A DNA stretch of 57,897 nt, from the IMG/VR virus record IMGVR_UViG_3300027985_001099, positions 1 to 57,897 of that record, one strand, 5' to 3'. This document shows, piece by piece, positions 1 through 10,240 of this stretch. Both the position numbers and the translations under genes were made by a program. The DNA is from a virus (taxonomy: Duplodnaviria > Caudoviricetes). Below the pieces are notes generated by a model that did no database searches, was not told the origin of the DNA, and saw nothing but the letters and a program-made list of their open reading frames with translations. Within the stretch, counting starts at the first letter, position 1, and each line of letters starts with the position of its first letter.

Positions 1-144
1 CGCAATTCTAACGCTCTAGCAATGGCGTTCTGAAAAAAACCCATTAGTCACCTCAGATTTACCCTTGGGAGAACGACGTTATTCCCCACATCTCGACTGT
101 TTCCCACAGGTTGAATCCGGCTACGTCCGTAACCAGGTCTTGGC
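1..144. repeat. Terminal direct repeat, left copy (assembly overlap of a circular or circularly permuted genome)
   Basis: 1-144 is identical to 57754-57897; tail genes continue across the junction. Confidence 0.95.
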
Positions 145-1900
145 CTTTTGTGCCCGTGAAAAACAGACTGCAGATATTACGGTACCCGGGAACATTATAC
201 CCATCAGACCCGGCGGATAGCTTTGATGCGATCCCTGCGGGTAGAACCTGGTACGACCCGCCAAATAATGGGAATATCAGTCCGGCAACCCCGCCCTCTT
301 TTTTTGGGCCCCCAAATAGCTTTGGCATGTTTACCGCAAACAGGGTGCCCGCGTTAACGTAGATACCGAGATTGCCATTCGTTTCTGCCAATGCGCTGCC
401 AGATATTCCGAGCTGCATGGACCCGTCGCGGGTTATATGCGTAGTGCGTAGGTCTGCGCCATTTGTCGCGGTAACCGCCCAGGTGCGCCCGAAGTCCTTC
501 GACACACAGATGTACCCAGTTCCCGAGCTGCTAGCCAACAGCACCGAGCCGTCGGCCGAACAGGATAAGTTTGACAGCCCGTACCACCATCCCGGGGCGT
601 TGCCCGCCACGGGCTCTGGCATAACCATGCCCACCGGCTGCTCGGACCCCTGAGCCGCCCATAGGACTAGCTCCCCGTGCTTGTCCAGAGGCCACCAGGA
701 TTTTCCCCAAGTGTCACCCCCGTCCGAGCTGAAGCCGACACCGCCCATGTTCGGCCACTCATTATACCATTCGGTGTACAGCGCATCCGGATTAACGCAG
801 ATGTCCATTCCGTCGTCGGACATGGCTACAGACTGCAAGCCCCACATCAGCCCCTTGGTGAACGGGTACCGTTCCGTGCCATCCTTATCAAAGAATACCG
901 AATAGTCCCACTGGGTTATCCAGTCGACGTTGTGCCAAAGCTCTGACGCTATGGTGCCACCCAGGTAGAGCGGGTAAGACAGGTCTTGCCAGGTCTCGCC
1001 GCGGTCAGTTGACCTGAGGATTATCGGGGCCCCGTCCCACCAACCGATAGCGTTGTCACCCATGTTGATATACCCGACAAGCACTATGCGGTTTCCGTCC
1101 GCGGATATTGCGGAGCTGCGGATATTGATATTTAGCCTGTGGATCTCATGACCGATAACACTGTGCATCTGCGGAGTGTCGTATGGTGTTGGTTTGAACG
1201 CACTCCACGTCTCCCCCTGGTCAACAGACACCGCAATGCGCCCACCGTAGCCGGCGGCGACAGCTAGGCTCTTATCCGCGCTAATGCATACCGTCGAAAT
1301 GTGCGGCACCTCAGGGATCCAGTAACCGTAGGACCCCAGGTGCTCGTCGACAAGGGCTTGCGGTTCTGCCGACTTGAATGGGTTTGTTACCGCCAGGCTC
1401 CACGAGTACCCGCCGTCGGCTGAGTACGCGATCTCGGCCCGCCCCTGGCCCGCATCGCCCCCGGCCCCAACGACGATGATGTTTTCCCCGTCCTGCGACA
1501 CCACCCCGTCTAAAAGTACGCTCGAGGTACCGCCGGCTAAAGATATTGGGTTACCGATGTACTCCCATGAGGTGCCTTTGTTGTCCCGGGAGACCTGCAG
1601 GCCACCGTCGCCCTCGCTGACAAATGCAGCTGCTGCAATGCAAAGCGAGCCGTCCCGGTTCGAATTTACAAAGGTTGGTTCCACCTCAATGAACGTGTGG
1701 CCATTAGCCGGCGCCGGGTACGGTGATGCCATCGGGTATGGGCCTGCCCACAGGGATACTAATTTAAGCTTCTTCTCACCGACATAGATTGCCGGGATCC
1801 CGTCGGCTGGCCCGTGGCATACGCCAACATGATCGGATAAATAGAAATCCGTCACCTTCATTTTCGGCGTATCGCCGCCGCCTTTGCCCCCGCCGCCCAT
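59..1900 (-). CDS. Tail tip/central tail protein, N-terminal half, with inserted Asp-box (BNR) beta-propeller
   Basis: MGGGGKG...VCHGPADGI and NMPKLFGGPKKEGGVAG...PGYRN motifs typical of Chi-like tail tip proteins flank about 470 aa with repeated S-x-D-x-G-x-(T/S)-W boxes. Confidence 0.8.
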   Translation of the reverse strand: MGGGGKGGGDTPKMKVTDFYLSDHVGVCHGPADGIPAIYVGEKKLKLVSLWAGPYPMASPYPAPANGHTFIEVEPTFVNSNRDGSLCIAAAAFVSEGDGGLQVSRDNKGTSWEYIGNPISLAGGTSSVLLDGVVSQDGENIIVVGAGGDAGQGRAEIAYSADGGYSWSLAVTNPFKSAEPQALVDEHLGSYGYWIPEVPHISTVCISADKSLAVAAGYGGRIAVSVDQGETWSAFKPTPYDTPQMHSVIGHEIHRLNINIRSSAISADGNRIVLVGYINMGDNAIGWWDGAPIILRSTDRGETWQDLSYPLYLGGTIASELWHNVDWITQWDYSVFFDKDGTERYPFTKGLMWGLQSVAMSDDGMDICVNPDALYTEWYNEWPNMGGVGFSSDGGDTWGKSWWPLDKHGELVLWAAQGSEQPVGMVMPEPVAGNAPGWWYGLSNLSCSADGSVLLASSSGTGYICVSKDFGRTWAVTATNGADLRTTHITRDGSMQLGISGSALAETNGNLGIYVNAGTLFAVNMPKLFGGPKKEGGVAGLIFPLFGGSYQVLPAGIASKLSAGSDGYNVPGYRNICSLFFTGTKGQDLVTDVAGFNLWETVEMWGITSFSQG

Positions 1901-1902
1901 GG

Positions 1903-2112
1903 CTACCCACCCCGCTTAATCTGCAATAGCTTTACGACCAGCGGGTCGCTGGAAACCTGGTCGAAATCGCGTATATGCGTTCCTGACCGCACCAGCTCCC
2001 GAAAGTCCCACCCCATGGATTCATACCATCTTCTGACCCCGGACCGACAATACCCAGCTTTGGCCATGTCCCTAAGCGTCACGTACTCGGGGTCGTCTTG
2101 ATTACGTCGCAT
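1903..2112 (-). CDS. Small tail assembly protein
   Basis: GYCRSGVRRWY motif; syntenic with small tail genes upstream of the Chi-like tail tip gene. Confidence 0.65.
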   Translation of the reverse strand: MRRNQDDPEYVTLRDMAKAGYCRSGVRRWYESMGWDFRELVRSGTHIRDFDQVSSDPLVVKLLQIKRGG

Positions 2113-2341
2113 CGATCTCGTACTCCACTGAATACTTGTCCCCGTACCACAGGAAATTAACGCCTTTCACCGTGACGGTGCCGAACACTACCGGGACGGG
2201 CCTCCCCGCGTCGGCGGTGGGGGCCTCCATGTCCTTAATCTGCGAGTCGATCGTCGGCGGTTTTGGCTTGGGGATGAAAATGTAGGATATGACCGAGGCG
2301 GCTACCGCCATAGCAAATGCCCATAACGCAGCTTCCAACAT
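2102..2341 (-). CDS. Small tail assembly protein
   Basis: Hydrophobic N-terminus, PTADAGRPVPVVFGT...NFLWYGD motif, tail-module position. Confidence 0.7.
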   Translation of the reverse strand: MLEAALWAFAMAVAASVISYIFIPKPKPPTIDSQIKDMEAPTADAGRPVPVVFGTVTVKGVNFLWYGDKYSVEYEIDAT

Positions 2342-2364
2342 GATCGTACCTCCTTGGTCTGCGG

Positions 2365-3363
2365 TTAGTAGGGGTTATGGATGCCCAATGGGGTCTTGAG
2401 TGGTATCCAGGGCATCCCACCGTAATTCAATATGTTGGCGAACACATAGAAGCACACGTCCAGGGTGTGGGGGCAGCCGCGGACCAGCTGTACGACGTCG
2501 CCGACTTGTAGACCCGGCACAACGCCGCTACAAGTCACTAGCGCCAAGCTGTCGGACACCCTATCAAAGTCCTCTACGGTGCGTACCCACCTAAATCCAT
2601 CCGGGGCCGTCCAGTCCACCTGGCCGGAGACAAAAGTTTTCAAGTCCCCCATGGCCGCAGCCGGCAGGCTTACCGCCACTTGGGTTGCTGCAAGGAACAG
2701 CGCCGTAATTAGCGCCCCGGAGAAGAACCCACCACCACGGAAAACCATATCCACTTCAGCAACGACCGTTTCAACGACCTCTTGGATCGCGGCGGCGGAC
2801 TGCTCCGGAGGGGGTACCACCCCGAGTACGCGACCCGTGATGCTAACCACGGTGCATTCAAAGGTGTGTAGGGATTTAACCGCTCGGCACCGGTCACCGT
2901 ACAGGGCGTGAGGGCAGGACTTTTGGTACATTCGCCTGAGGCCGATACGCCGCATTGATGCAGTCAAAGGCTCACAGGTCAGGACTGCAACTTTCGCGTC
3001 ATCGCTCCACTCGCACGACAGGACGCGACCGTCCCAGATTTGCACAAACTCGGCGTCCGGGTCATCAAAGTGGCCGGAGCGGATCACCAGGTCTATGCCA
3101 AACGTCGGCGGGTTAACAGCAAACAATATGGCCACAGGATGATTACCCGCGACGGTAACATCGAGTTTCGATTTGTCCAGGTTCCCGGACGAGGATATCT
3201 CCCCTCGGTCGATGGGGCCGATTAGGTAGGTCCCCTCAGGACGGACTACCGGTATCTCGCTATCGGTGTAAAGCCATTCGTGGGCCCCGCCAGCGTTGCT
3301 GAAGCGGTACAGCTCCACCTCAAGCCCTTGGTCCGTGCTTTCTTCGTAGACTTGGAAGCTCAT
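2365..3363 (-). CDS. Tail hub protein, DUF2163/BR0599 family
   Basis: C-x3-LY-x3-C and GC-x5-C...NYGGMPWIP cysteine motifs. Confidence 0.8.
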   Translation of the reverse strand: MSFQVYEESTDQGLEVELYRFSNAGGAHEWLYTDSEIPVVRPEGTYLIGPIDRGEISSSGNLDKSKLDVTVAGNHPVAILFAVNPPTFGIDLVIRSGHFDDPDAEFVQIWDGRVLSCEWSDDAKVAVLTCEPLTASMRRIGLRRMYQKSCPHALYGDRCRAVKSLHTFECTVVSITGRVLGVVPPPEQSAAAIQEVVETVVAEVDMVFRGGGFFSGALITALFLAATQVAVSLPAAAMGDLKTFVSGQVDWTAPDGFRWVRTVEDFDRVSDSLALVTCSGVVPGLQVGDVVQLVRGCPHTLDVCFYVFANILNYGGMPWIPLKTPLGIHNPY

Positions 3364-3386
3364 CCTTGGTCCCCAAATCGTGTAAG

Positions 3387-4559
3387 CTACCCAACCGGTA
3401 GCGTGCGGGTAATTAGGTCTAGGTACCCAACCTGGTCAGTCACCCAAGATACCGTGACCATGTCAGTCTCAAACCGGGATAGCGGCATCCAGCACACCAT
3501 TTTAACCTCGGTTGCCTGGACCACGGCTGGCCACGGGTCCCTAACGGTAATTACTACATCATCCGCAACGGGGGCCATGGAGACGATCTGATTAGGCCAG
3601 ACGGACCCGTCACGCATCCTGAGTGCTAGCGTCCCGAAAACCGGATTCCCCTCGGCGAGCGTGATGTTGTCGTTCGCAACCGTTAGCGTACTGCTGGTCA
3701 TGCCCCGAAACAACAAGTCATTCGTCATGGACGGGCGGTAAAAGGCCCGCAACCGCCCCCGCGCCCGGCAGAAGAACTCAATGCACGAGAGGATATCCGG
3801 CTTACGCCCGAGGACCTTCCACGTGGTTACCTGCCGACTGAAATCCGCCAGGTATGCCCGGCTGACCGCGCCGCGGCCAAAGTCAACGACCCGGTCATCG
3901 TACTCGCTATTACGGGCTAACTGCTCGCCCCAGTTGTGCGTTGCTAGCCATATCTCGCGGCCATCGAACGTCTGGCCAGCGACCCCTAACGGCGGAAGGC
4001 GTGATTCCGGGAGCAGGTCAAGCCGTATCGTGGGCTCCTGCACAATATCGGTATGCACAACGTGCGCCGTAGACGCCCCCAGGTGACCGATAGACCCGCG
4101 GTACGCCCGGAACCCTGCGGCAACAGATACCCCTAGCGGCGACACTACTTGGACCGTATTCATGCCCGGGTCGAGGGCTAACACCTGGGCGGATACCAAA
4201 CCCTGAGTGGTCCTGACCACTACATAGTCTCCGGGGGCCAGACCTCTTGGTAACTCATCAAGGGTTAGTACATCGTCCAACGGGCCTACGGGGGCGGTTA
4301 AATGCGTGGCATAAGGCCATTCGGGCACCACCCAGGGGAACGGGTGCCGGGATCCGTCTAGCGCGCTCCACTGGCGCATGGCGGACCCATGGCACAGGGC
4401 CAGATACTCAAACGTTCTCCGGGGTACCACGCGCACTCCGCGGCGTTGTTCCCGTCCGTCCGAAGTGGTGAAGACGTCCGTCCGGTACTCTAAAGTCTCG
4501 ACTACGTATTTAGCCCAGTTCGGCGCGAGTGGTAATACGGTTGGGTCTTGTATGGACAT
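3387..4559 (-). CDS. Distal tail-like virion protein
   Basis: PNW...LEYRTDV...GREQRR motif immediately after the tape measure gene. Confidence 0.7.
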   Translation of the reverse strand: MSIQDPTVLPLAPNWAKYVVETLEYRTDVFTTSDGREQRRGVRVVPRRTFEYLALCHGSAMRQWSALDGSRHPFPWVVPEWPYATHLTAPVGPLDDVLTLDELPRGLAPGDYVVVRTTQGLVSAQVLALDPGMNTVQVVSPLGVSVAAGFRAYRGSIGHLGASTAHVVHTDIVQEPTIRLDLLPESRLPPLGVAGQTFDGREIWLATHNWGEQLARNSEYDDRVVDFGRGAVSRAYLADFSRQVTTWKVLGRKPDILSCIEFFCRARGRLRAFYRPSMTNDLLFRGMTSSTLTVANDNITLAEGNPVFGTLALRMRDGSVWPNQIVSMAPVADDVVITVRDPWPAVVQATEVKMVCWMPLSRFETDMVTVSWVTDQVGYLDLITRTLPVG

Positions 4560-4561
4560 GG

Positions 4562-7500
4562 CTATTTGCGCCCTAACATGCTGTTTATCGTCGACCGTCG
4601 GGACCGGAAAAAGTTCAGGAAGGCTTGCTCGCCGATCACCGTGCTAAGCCCTTGGCTGATAAACTCTCCGCTGTCGATGGTGTTGACAATCTTCAGGCTG
4701 ACCTGCGGCGGCTGGGATTCGCCGCCTAGGCCTCCGTTTTGTCTATGCCTCGGGTCATCCTTGGTCAGTACTTCCTCCCCGCGTTGCAGCACCGCCGGGA
4801 CCTCATTCGGCTTGAGTCCCACCACGCCGCCGGTGTGGTACCGGAGGGCGTTGGCGTATAGTGCCGAGGGCATGGCCCGCTTCGGGCCGCTCTCGACCAT
4901 ACCGCCGGAGTGTTTTACCGCCGCATTGAACAGGCCACCAAATGCGTTACTGGACTGTAGGGACTTGAGGACAATCGCCTGCAGGATCATCATGGCAATC
5001 TGACGGAGGAAATCCGCGGCGAACTGTGCGAACGCCTGCATGGCGCCTTTGAAACCCTCTGACAGGGACTTGGCCCCGACCAGCACCTGGCCGAGTTGGT
5101 CCGCCATATCCACTAAGGCGTTAGCCGCTCCGCTAGCAAACGCCTCTGCGGCTTCTGCCGCCATACGCATTGCCGGCGTGATCTCATGCAGGTTGGCCAA
5201 CATCAGGTTATATTCGGCTACGGCCTCCTTGTTGCCCAGAGACTCGGCCAACGTGCGGGCGCTAATGATCGTGGGTTGTAGCTGATCGTCCAGCTCCTTG
5301 ATCTGCTTCTTCAGGTTCTCGACGCCAACAAGGCCGGTAGCCCCGATAGCATCAGATGACTGTTCGTATTGCAGCTGCTGCTTCAGGTTATTCCGCAGCG
5401 ACATCTGCCGATCGATATCCTTTCGGGCCGCTTCCAGCCGGGCTCTGTTCTCGGCGTTCGGGAGATCAGTTTGCGCAGCCCGCATATCATTAGCGAGCTT
5501 TAAATTTCCGGTCTTCTCGGCCAGCAGGATCGCCTGCTCGATGGCATACCTGAGCTGGTCATTCACTTCAGCCAAACGGTCCCGTAAGTCCGCAGCGTTA
5601 GCCTCGGCTTCAGGCCCTGTCTGTTTCTCCGCGATCAAGAGGGCGTCTATCAGGTCCTTTCGAGTCGCGAAAAGGTCGTTTACCGCTTTTTCGGCTTTTG
5701 CCGCGGCCTTAGCCTTCACTTCGGCTTTTGTGGCCGAAGTCTCAATCTTGATTAGCTCCTGGACCAAAGCCACGTCTGCAGTGCGCCCGGCCTTGGTCAA
5801 GTCGCGGATCAGCTTCTCATACTTCGCGGCAACCTGGCCCTCGACCGCGTCGAGCTGTGCGTCAACCGACTGAACAATGTCGGTGATGGCCTGGGCGTTC
5901 AGCTCATCTATCTTGGCCTTGACCTTAGACATCTCATCGTCGAGTCGAGCGGCTATGGCTGCGGCTCTATCCTTGCCGGAGGTACCCGTCATGGACCCAT
6001 TCGCCGCCTCGAGCATGGCCTTCTCATACTCTTTGCGCAGCCGGTCCATCTCGATCTGCTCTGGGCTACGGTTATCCACCGTTCCACCCTGCTTACGCTG
6101 GTCTAGCAGCCGCTGCAGTGCCTCTATACGCTTTAGGGTGCGCTCAAGCCCGGCCCTCTCGGCTTCCGCGTCAATCAGCTGGTCGTTGATGGCGTCCTTA
6201 TCGCCGTATTGTCCCTTAGCGGACACCTTTCGCACCCCGCCGGGGGCGCTGAAGTCTGGAACGTTAAACACCTGGTCTTCATTAACCAGGGCCTGCCGGC
6301 GTCGCAGCTCGCGGATCTCCTTGTCTTTGTCAGAGAGTTGTTTTTCGTAGTCAACCGTCGCTTTAGCGGAATCCCGGGAAGCCTTGGCAATTTCTGCGGC
6401 GCTGAGATCATTTATGCGTTCCGTCAGGTCGCTGATCTTGCCGGCGAACTCCGCCGCCTGGACCCCAGCGCTATTAAAGTAAGCCTTGATGCCGATCAAC
6501 GCCGCCGTCAGCAGCGTTAGCCCGGTCAGCGTCAGGCCAATCGGGCCGCCGAGTAGCGCCATACCCCGGCCGAAGGCGCCAACGCCGGATATTGCGGCTT
6601 TCCAGGCGTCGCCGAACTGGCGAACCTTGGCTATCAGGGTAAACAAGTCCCTGACCAGGCCGATTACGTACCGCGAAAACCCGAACCAAAAAACGGTCTT
6701 AGCGACAGCGCCAACCAGTTGGATATGCCGCACGAGCCACATAGCCCCCTGGATCAGACTAGCGACCAGCTCGCTGAGGTGTCGCATACCGTTTTGGATT
6801 GCCGGGTCCTGCATGGCTTGTTCGAGGTCGCGAAAGGCTGATTTCAGGGCCTCGCTAGGCCCGCCCTCCATGAACTCCCTACGCATTTGATCAAGAACGT
6901 TTTTTGCGCGGCTAGCCCATGAGTCTAGGGCATCAGCAGACTTTATGGCCGCATCGTGCGTTTCATTGCCTAAGTCCATCAAAAACGGTATTAATGCTTT
7001 TGTGCTGATGCCAACGTTCTGCATGAAATCCGGCAGATCTTCTATGGCTTTTATCAGACCTTTATCTTTTAGCGCCTTCGCGAGACGTGCCGTAGCTGCA
7101 GGAAATCGTTCCGCTAGCTGTTCGCGAAAATCCTCGGCAGTTATCTTACCCTTTGAAATCATTTGGGAAATTGCTCTGAGCGACCCCTTGATCGACTCTG
7201 AGTCCAATTTCATCGCCTTCGCGCCAAGTGAGAAATTCAGGAACATCCCACGGGCTGGGTCACCTTCGAGAGCACTACCCTTGGCGTTACCCAAAAATGT
7301 TGCATATGAATCAGCTAAGTTCTCGAAATCAAAGCCTAAAGCCTTAGCGGTTACCCGCAAAAGCTCCATATCCCGTTTAGATTGAACCAAGTCCCCATTA
7401 TTTACAAACTCTACCCGGTTCTGAACTGACTGGAGTTTTACCGTAGACGCATAGGCTTTTTTGAACTGCTCCACAGCGCCATACAGCCCGATATACGCGG

Positions 7501-9517
7501 CGCCGATAGATAGGATCTGGCCGCGTAAGCGCTGGAAGGTGGACATCGATTTGCGAGAGTTGTCCGCAACTAGGTTCAAGGCTTCGGCGAGTTTACGTGA
7601 CCGTTCCGCCGCTTGGCCTGTTGGGGTATTCAGCTCGGCGGTTTTTCGCGCCAGGCGGTCTATGGCCGAAGCTTCGGCGCGATAGGTGGACGTTAGCTGT
7701 CGGCCCTGGCTATTCAGGAAGCTCGCCCGTAAGGACAGCAGGTTTTGCGCTGCCACCAGGTCCTTTGTGTCTACGCCGGCGGCATTGAGCGCGGCTTCCA
7801 ACTGCTTGAGCGCAGTGCGCTCCTGCTCAAGGTTCCGGCGGGACAAAACCGCAGCGCCTACGAGTCGCTCGTGGTTCGCCACAGCCTCTGCGGCAGGGGC
7901 GTTTGTAGCCTTCAGCGCTTCGCTGGATTCCTTTAGCGCCGTTCGGTAGGCCGCCATTTCGGCGCGGGCTTTAGCCACGGATTCCTGCTGCTGCCGGAAC
8001 GAATTGATCGCCGCGCTGGCCGACCGTATCCCGGAGAGCTCCGTCTTAACCGCCGCTATCGCGCCTGACAGCTGGCGCAAGTGCTGCTCGTTTACCTCTG
8101 CGCTTGCGCCCAAGGCGTTAAGGTCCTGAAGGGCCTTGTTGACGTTGGCCTCATCGACTACGGGGAGGGTGAACGCGGCGGTACTGCCGGTGTCCTTGGC
8201 CTTCGATAGCTGGTTTAGTACCTTCTGCCGGGCGGTAAGCTTGGCGATACTTGCGGCGGTCTGGTCCAACTCGGACTTCAGCTTGGCCTCGGCCACCGCC
8301 AGGTCCTGGGTGTCCACCCCGGCCTGCTTCAGCTCGGTGGCCATCGTGGCTAAGGCCTGGCGCTGGCGTTCCGCCGCAGCTATGGCTTTAGCCCCATCCT
8401 TCTCAGCCTGTACTTCGCTTTTCCGGGCCTCTTTCACCAGCTGTAGCTGAGCGGCTTGGGCGGCTTGCTGTTTTTTAAGCTCGGCGAGTTGCGCCGCTTG
8501 GACCTGCTTTAACGACTCCATCGTCGCTTGCGCGATCTTCGCTTCGTCACTGACTTTGGCAAGGGCACTGGCGTTCTGAGAAGCAGCCGCTGTTGCTTCC
8601 TTGTGCGCCTTTTGGGCCAGCTCCAGTTTTTGCGTTAGCTTGGCAACCTCGTTTTGTGCCTTGGTTACCTGCTGTGCCACTGCGGGGCTTGCCGCCGGGT
8701 TTGCCATGGCTACTTGAGCGTTTTGCAGCCGCTCCTGTGCGGTGGCCAGCTCCTTCTGTGTTTTAGCTACGGCAGTACCTGCCCGGTCCAATTCCTGAGC
8801 CATTGATGCTGTTGGCTTGGCTACGCCAGCCATAGCGGTCTTCGCCCGCTCAAGCCGGGTTTCGGACTCCGCCAGTTGCGTGGTTAGCTTGCTGACGGCA
8901 CTCTCTGCCCAGCCGAGTTCCTGGGCCATCGCCTTAGTCGGCGCTGCGGTACCGCTAAGCCCGGACTTCACAGCTTCAAGGGTTTTCTGCGCCTCATCAA
9001 GCCGAGCAGACCATTTCTCGATCCGGGTCTGCGCAGACGCGATGGCCGTCTCGTGGGCCTGCCCATCCTGCTTGGTCTTATTCAAGGCGGTGTTCAGCCC
9101 AGAAACGACCTTGGCTTGTTCGTTAACTGCGGCATTCGAGGCGGCGGCTGACTCGGCGGCTCTTTTGGTGGCCTGGGCCAGCGCATCCTGCTGAGCAACC
9201 AGAGCGGCGGTCTTTGTTTGGTAATCCGCCAGGGAGGTGCCGGCTGCGGATACCTCAGCCTCTAGTCGGGAGAGCTCGTCCCGTGCCGCCTTGACGGTCG
9301 CGGCGGCCTTAGTGGTGCTGCCCAGGCCCTTCAATGCGTCCTTGAGATCGGACATCTGACGTCCGATCTGCGACATTGCCGACCCGGTTTGCTGCGACTT
9401 ATCGATGACTTTACCCTGGGCATCAACAAAATACCCAAGGGCGTCGGATACCGCCTTTATGGAGCTGCTCGCCTTATCCTTGGCAGACAGCACCATTTCC
9501 ACATTCGACTTAGCCAC
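4562..9517 (-). CDS. Tape measure protein
   Basis: 1651 aa, Ala-rich coiled coil, QMISKGKITAEDFREQLAER tape-measure motif, C-terminal HSGG/YHTGG-EVPAVLQRGEEVL. Confidence 0.95.
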   Translation of the reverse strand: MAKSNVEMVLSAKDKASSSIKAVSDALGYFVDAQGKVIDKSQQTGSAMSQIGRQMSDLKDALKGLGSTTKAAATVKAARDELSRLEAEVSAAGTSLADYQTKTAALVAQQDALAQATKRAAESAAASNAAVNEQAKVVSGLNTALNKTKQDGQAHETAIASAQTRIEKWSARLDEAQKTLEAVKSGLSGTAAPTKAMAQELGWAESAVSKLTTQLAESETRLERAKTAMAGVAKPTASMAQELDRAGTAVAKTQKELATAQERLQNAQVAMANPAASPAVAQQVTKAQNEVAKLTQKLELAQKAHKEATAAASQNASALAKVSDEAKIAQATMESLKQVQAAQLAELKKQQAAQAAQLQLVKEARKSEVQAEKDGAKAIAAAERQRQALATMATELKQAGVDTQDLAVAEAKLKSELDQTAASIAKLTARQKVLNQLSKAKDTGSTAAFTLPVVDEANVNKALQDLNALGASAEVNEQHLRQLSGAIAAVKTELSGIRSASAAINSFRQQQESVAKARAEMAAYRTALKESSEALKATNAPAAEAVANHERLVGAAVLSRRNLEQERTALKQLEAALNAAGVDTKDLVAAQNLLSLRASFLNSQGRQLTSTYRAEASAIDRLARKTAELNTPTGQAAERSRKLAEALNLVADNSRKSMSTFQRLRGQILSIGAAYIGLYGAVEQFKKAYASTVKLQSVQNRVEFVNNGDLVQSKRDMELLRVTAKALGFDFENLADSYATFLGNAKGSALEGDPARGMFLNFSLGAKAMKLDSESIKGSLRAISQMISKGKITAEDFREQLAERFPAATARLAKALKDKGLIKAIEDLPDFMQNVGISTKALIPFLMDLGNETHDAAIKSADALDSWASRAKNVLDQMRREFMEGGPSEALKSAFRDLEQAMQDPAIQNGMRHLSELVASLIQGAMWLVRHIQLVGAVAKTVFWFGFSRYVIGLVRDLFTLIAKVRQFGDAWKAAISGVGAFGRGMALLGGPIGLTLTGLTLLTAALIGIKAYFNSAGVQAAEFAGKISDLTERINDLSAAEIAKASRDSAKATVDYEKQLSDKDKEIRELRRRQALVNEDQVFNVPDFSAPGGVRKVSAKGQYGDKDAINDQLIDAEAERAGLERTLKRIEALQRLLDQRKQGGTVDNRSPEQIEMDRLRKEYEKAMLEAANGSMTGTSGKDRAAAIAARLDDEMSKVKAKIDELNAQAITDIVQSVDAQLDAVEGQVAAKYEKLIRDLTKAGRTADVALVQELIKIETSATKAEVKAKAAAKAEKAVNDLFATRKDLIDALLIAEKQTGPEAEANAADLRDRLAEVNDQLRYAIEQAILLAEKTGNLKLANDMRAAQTDLPNAENRARLEAARKDIDRQMSLRNNLKQQLQYEQSSDAIGATGLVGVENLKKQIKELDDQLQPTIISARTLAESLGNKEAVAEYNLMLANLHEITPAMRMAAEAAEAFASGAANALVDMADQLGQVLVGAKSLSEGFKGAMQAFAQFAADFLRQIAMMILQAIVLKSLQSSNAFGGLFNAAVKHSGGMVESGPKRAMPSALYANALRYHTGGVVGLKPNEVPAVLQRGEEVLTKDDPRHRQNGGLGGESQPPQVSLKIVNTIDSGEFISQGLSTVIGEQAFLNFFRSRRSTINSMLGRK

Positions 9518-9830
9518 GGCTTCCCCCCAGTGACTCTACTAGCTCGGTAAACGCTTTAAACCCTTCCTTACTTATCAGGGATGATGCCGCGGCCTGGAAT
9601 AGAATCGCCCCGGTAACCGCTTCCGCGTGCTTGCGGGCGACCACCAGGGCGGATTCCCTGTGTAGCATATTGAGCGGGTACCGTCTTGCGTCAGAATGCC
9701 CCTCGCTCAGCAGGAGACTAACGCTGGTCCGGATACCGTTCAGCCACGCGGCGAACGTCAGCCTTGCATCGACACCAGCCCGGTCGTTACCGCCCGGGTT
9801 ATGTTTGGCATCATCCCTGCCAGTTTTCCC
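9510..9830 (-). CDS. Tail assembly chaperone GT extension (-1 frameshift frame)
   Basis: Slippery G GGA AAA at 9830-9824 in the G frame; the -1 frame stays open (…LTFAAWLNGIRTSVSLLLSEGHSDARRYPL…) to TAA at 9510. Confidence 0.8.
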   Translation of the reverse strand, partial: GKTGRDDAKHNPGGNDRAGVDARLTFAAWLNGIRTSVSLLLSEGHSDARRYPLNMLHRESALVVARKHAEAVTGAILFQAAASSLISKEGFKAFTELVESLGGSRG

Positions 9831-10195
9831 GCAGTTTCTAGGTCCTTAAAGGTCAGTTCCGCGATCGCTATCAGCGCTTCAGCCTGGGTGTGGATTGGCA
9901 GTCTCGCTACGGTTTGCCAAGCGTCCGGCTCGTCTGCGGCGAGGGCGATCGCTTTCACCGCAGCCAGAAACGCCTGTTTAAGCATGGCCGTAGCCACCTG
10001 TTCGTTGCCGACCATCAGGTCGGCGTGTTCCTCGTTGTCCACGGCTGCGCCGAAAGCGTCAAAGGCGGCTTCCAACTCTCCGAAGTGCTCTTGCACGAGT
10101 ACGTCGATGTCCGCCAAGGACAAGCCCCGCACCTGAAACTCTCCGCCTTCGGTCTGGATACGCTTCGTCGGGATCACAATGTCTTTGAGTGCCAT
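9758..10195 (-). CDS. Tail assembly chaperone G
   Basis: Between tail tube and TMP genes; VRGLSLADI motif; contains slippery site. Confidence 0.85.
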   Translation of the reverse strand: MALKDIVIPTKRIQTEGGEFQVRGLSLADIDVLVQEHFGELEAAFDAFGAAVDNEEHADLMVGNEQVATAMLKQAFLAAVKAIALAADEPDAWQTVARLPIHTQAEALIAIAELTFKDLETAGKLAGMMPNITRAVTTGLVSMQG

Positions 10196-10240
10196 GTTAT
10201 CTCCTATGGGGGCGCCATTAGACGCCCATCATAGTCTGGG

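Noticed and set aside
33-61. Frameshift (T7 run) fusing the two tail tip ORFs
   Set aside because: The T run lies after the second ATG, and an in-frame TGA precedes that ATG, so no shift can join them
3815-3830. Additional parS-like sites at 3815 and 33517
   Set aside because: Only the central 9-10 bp match; about six mismatches to consensus
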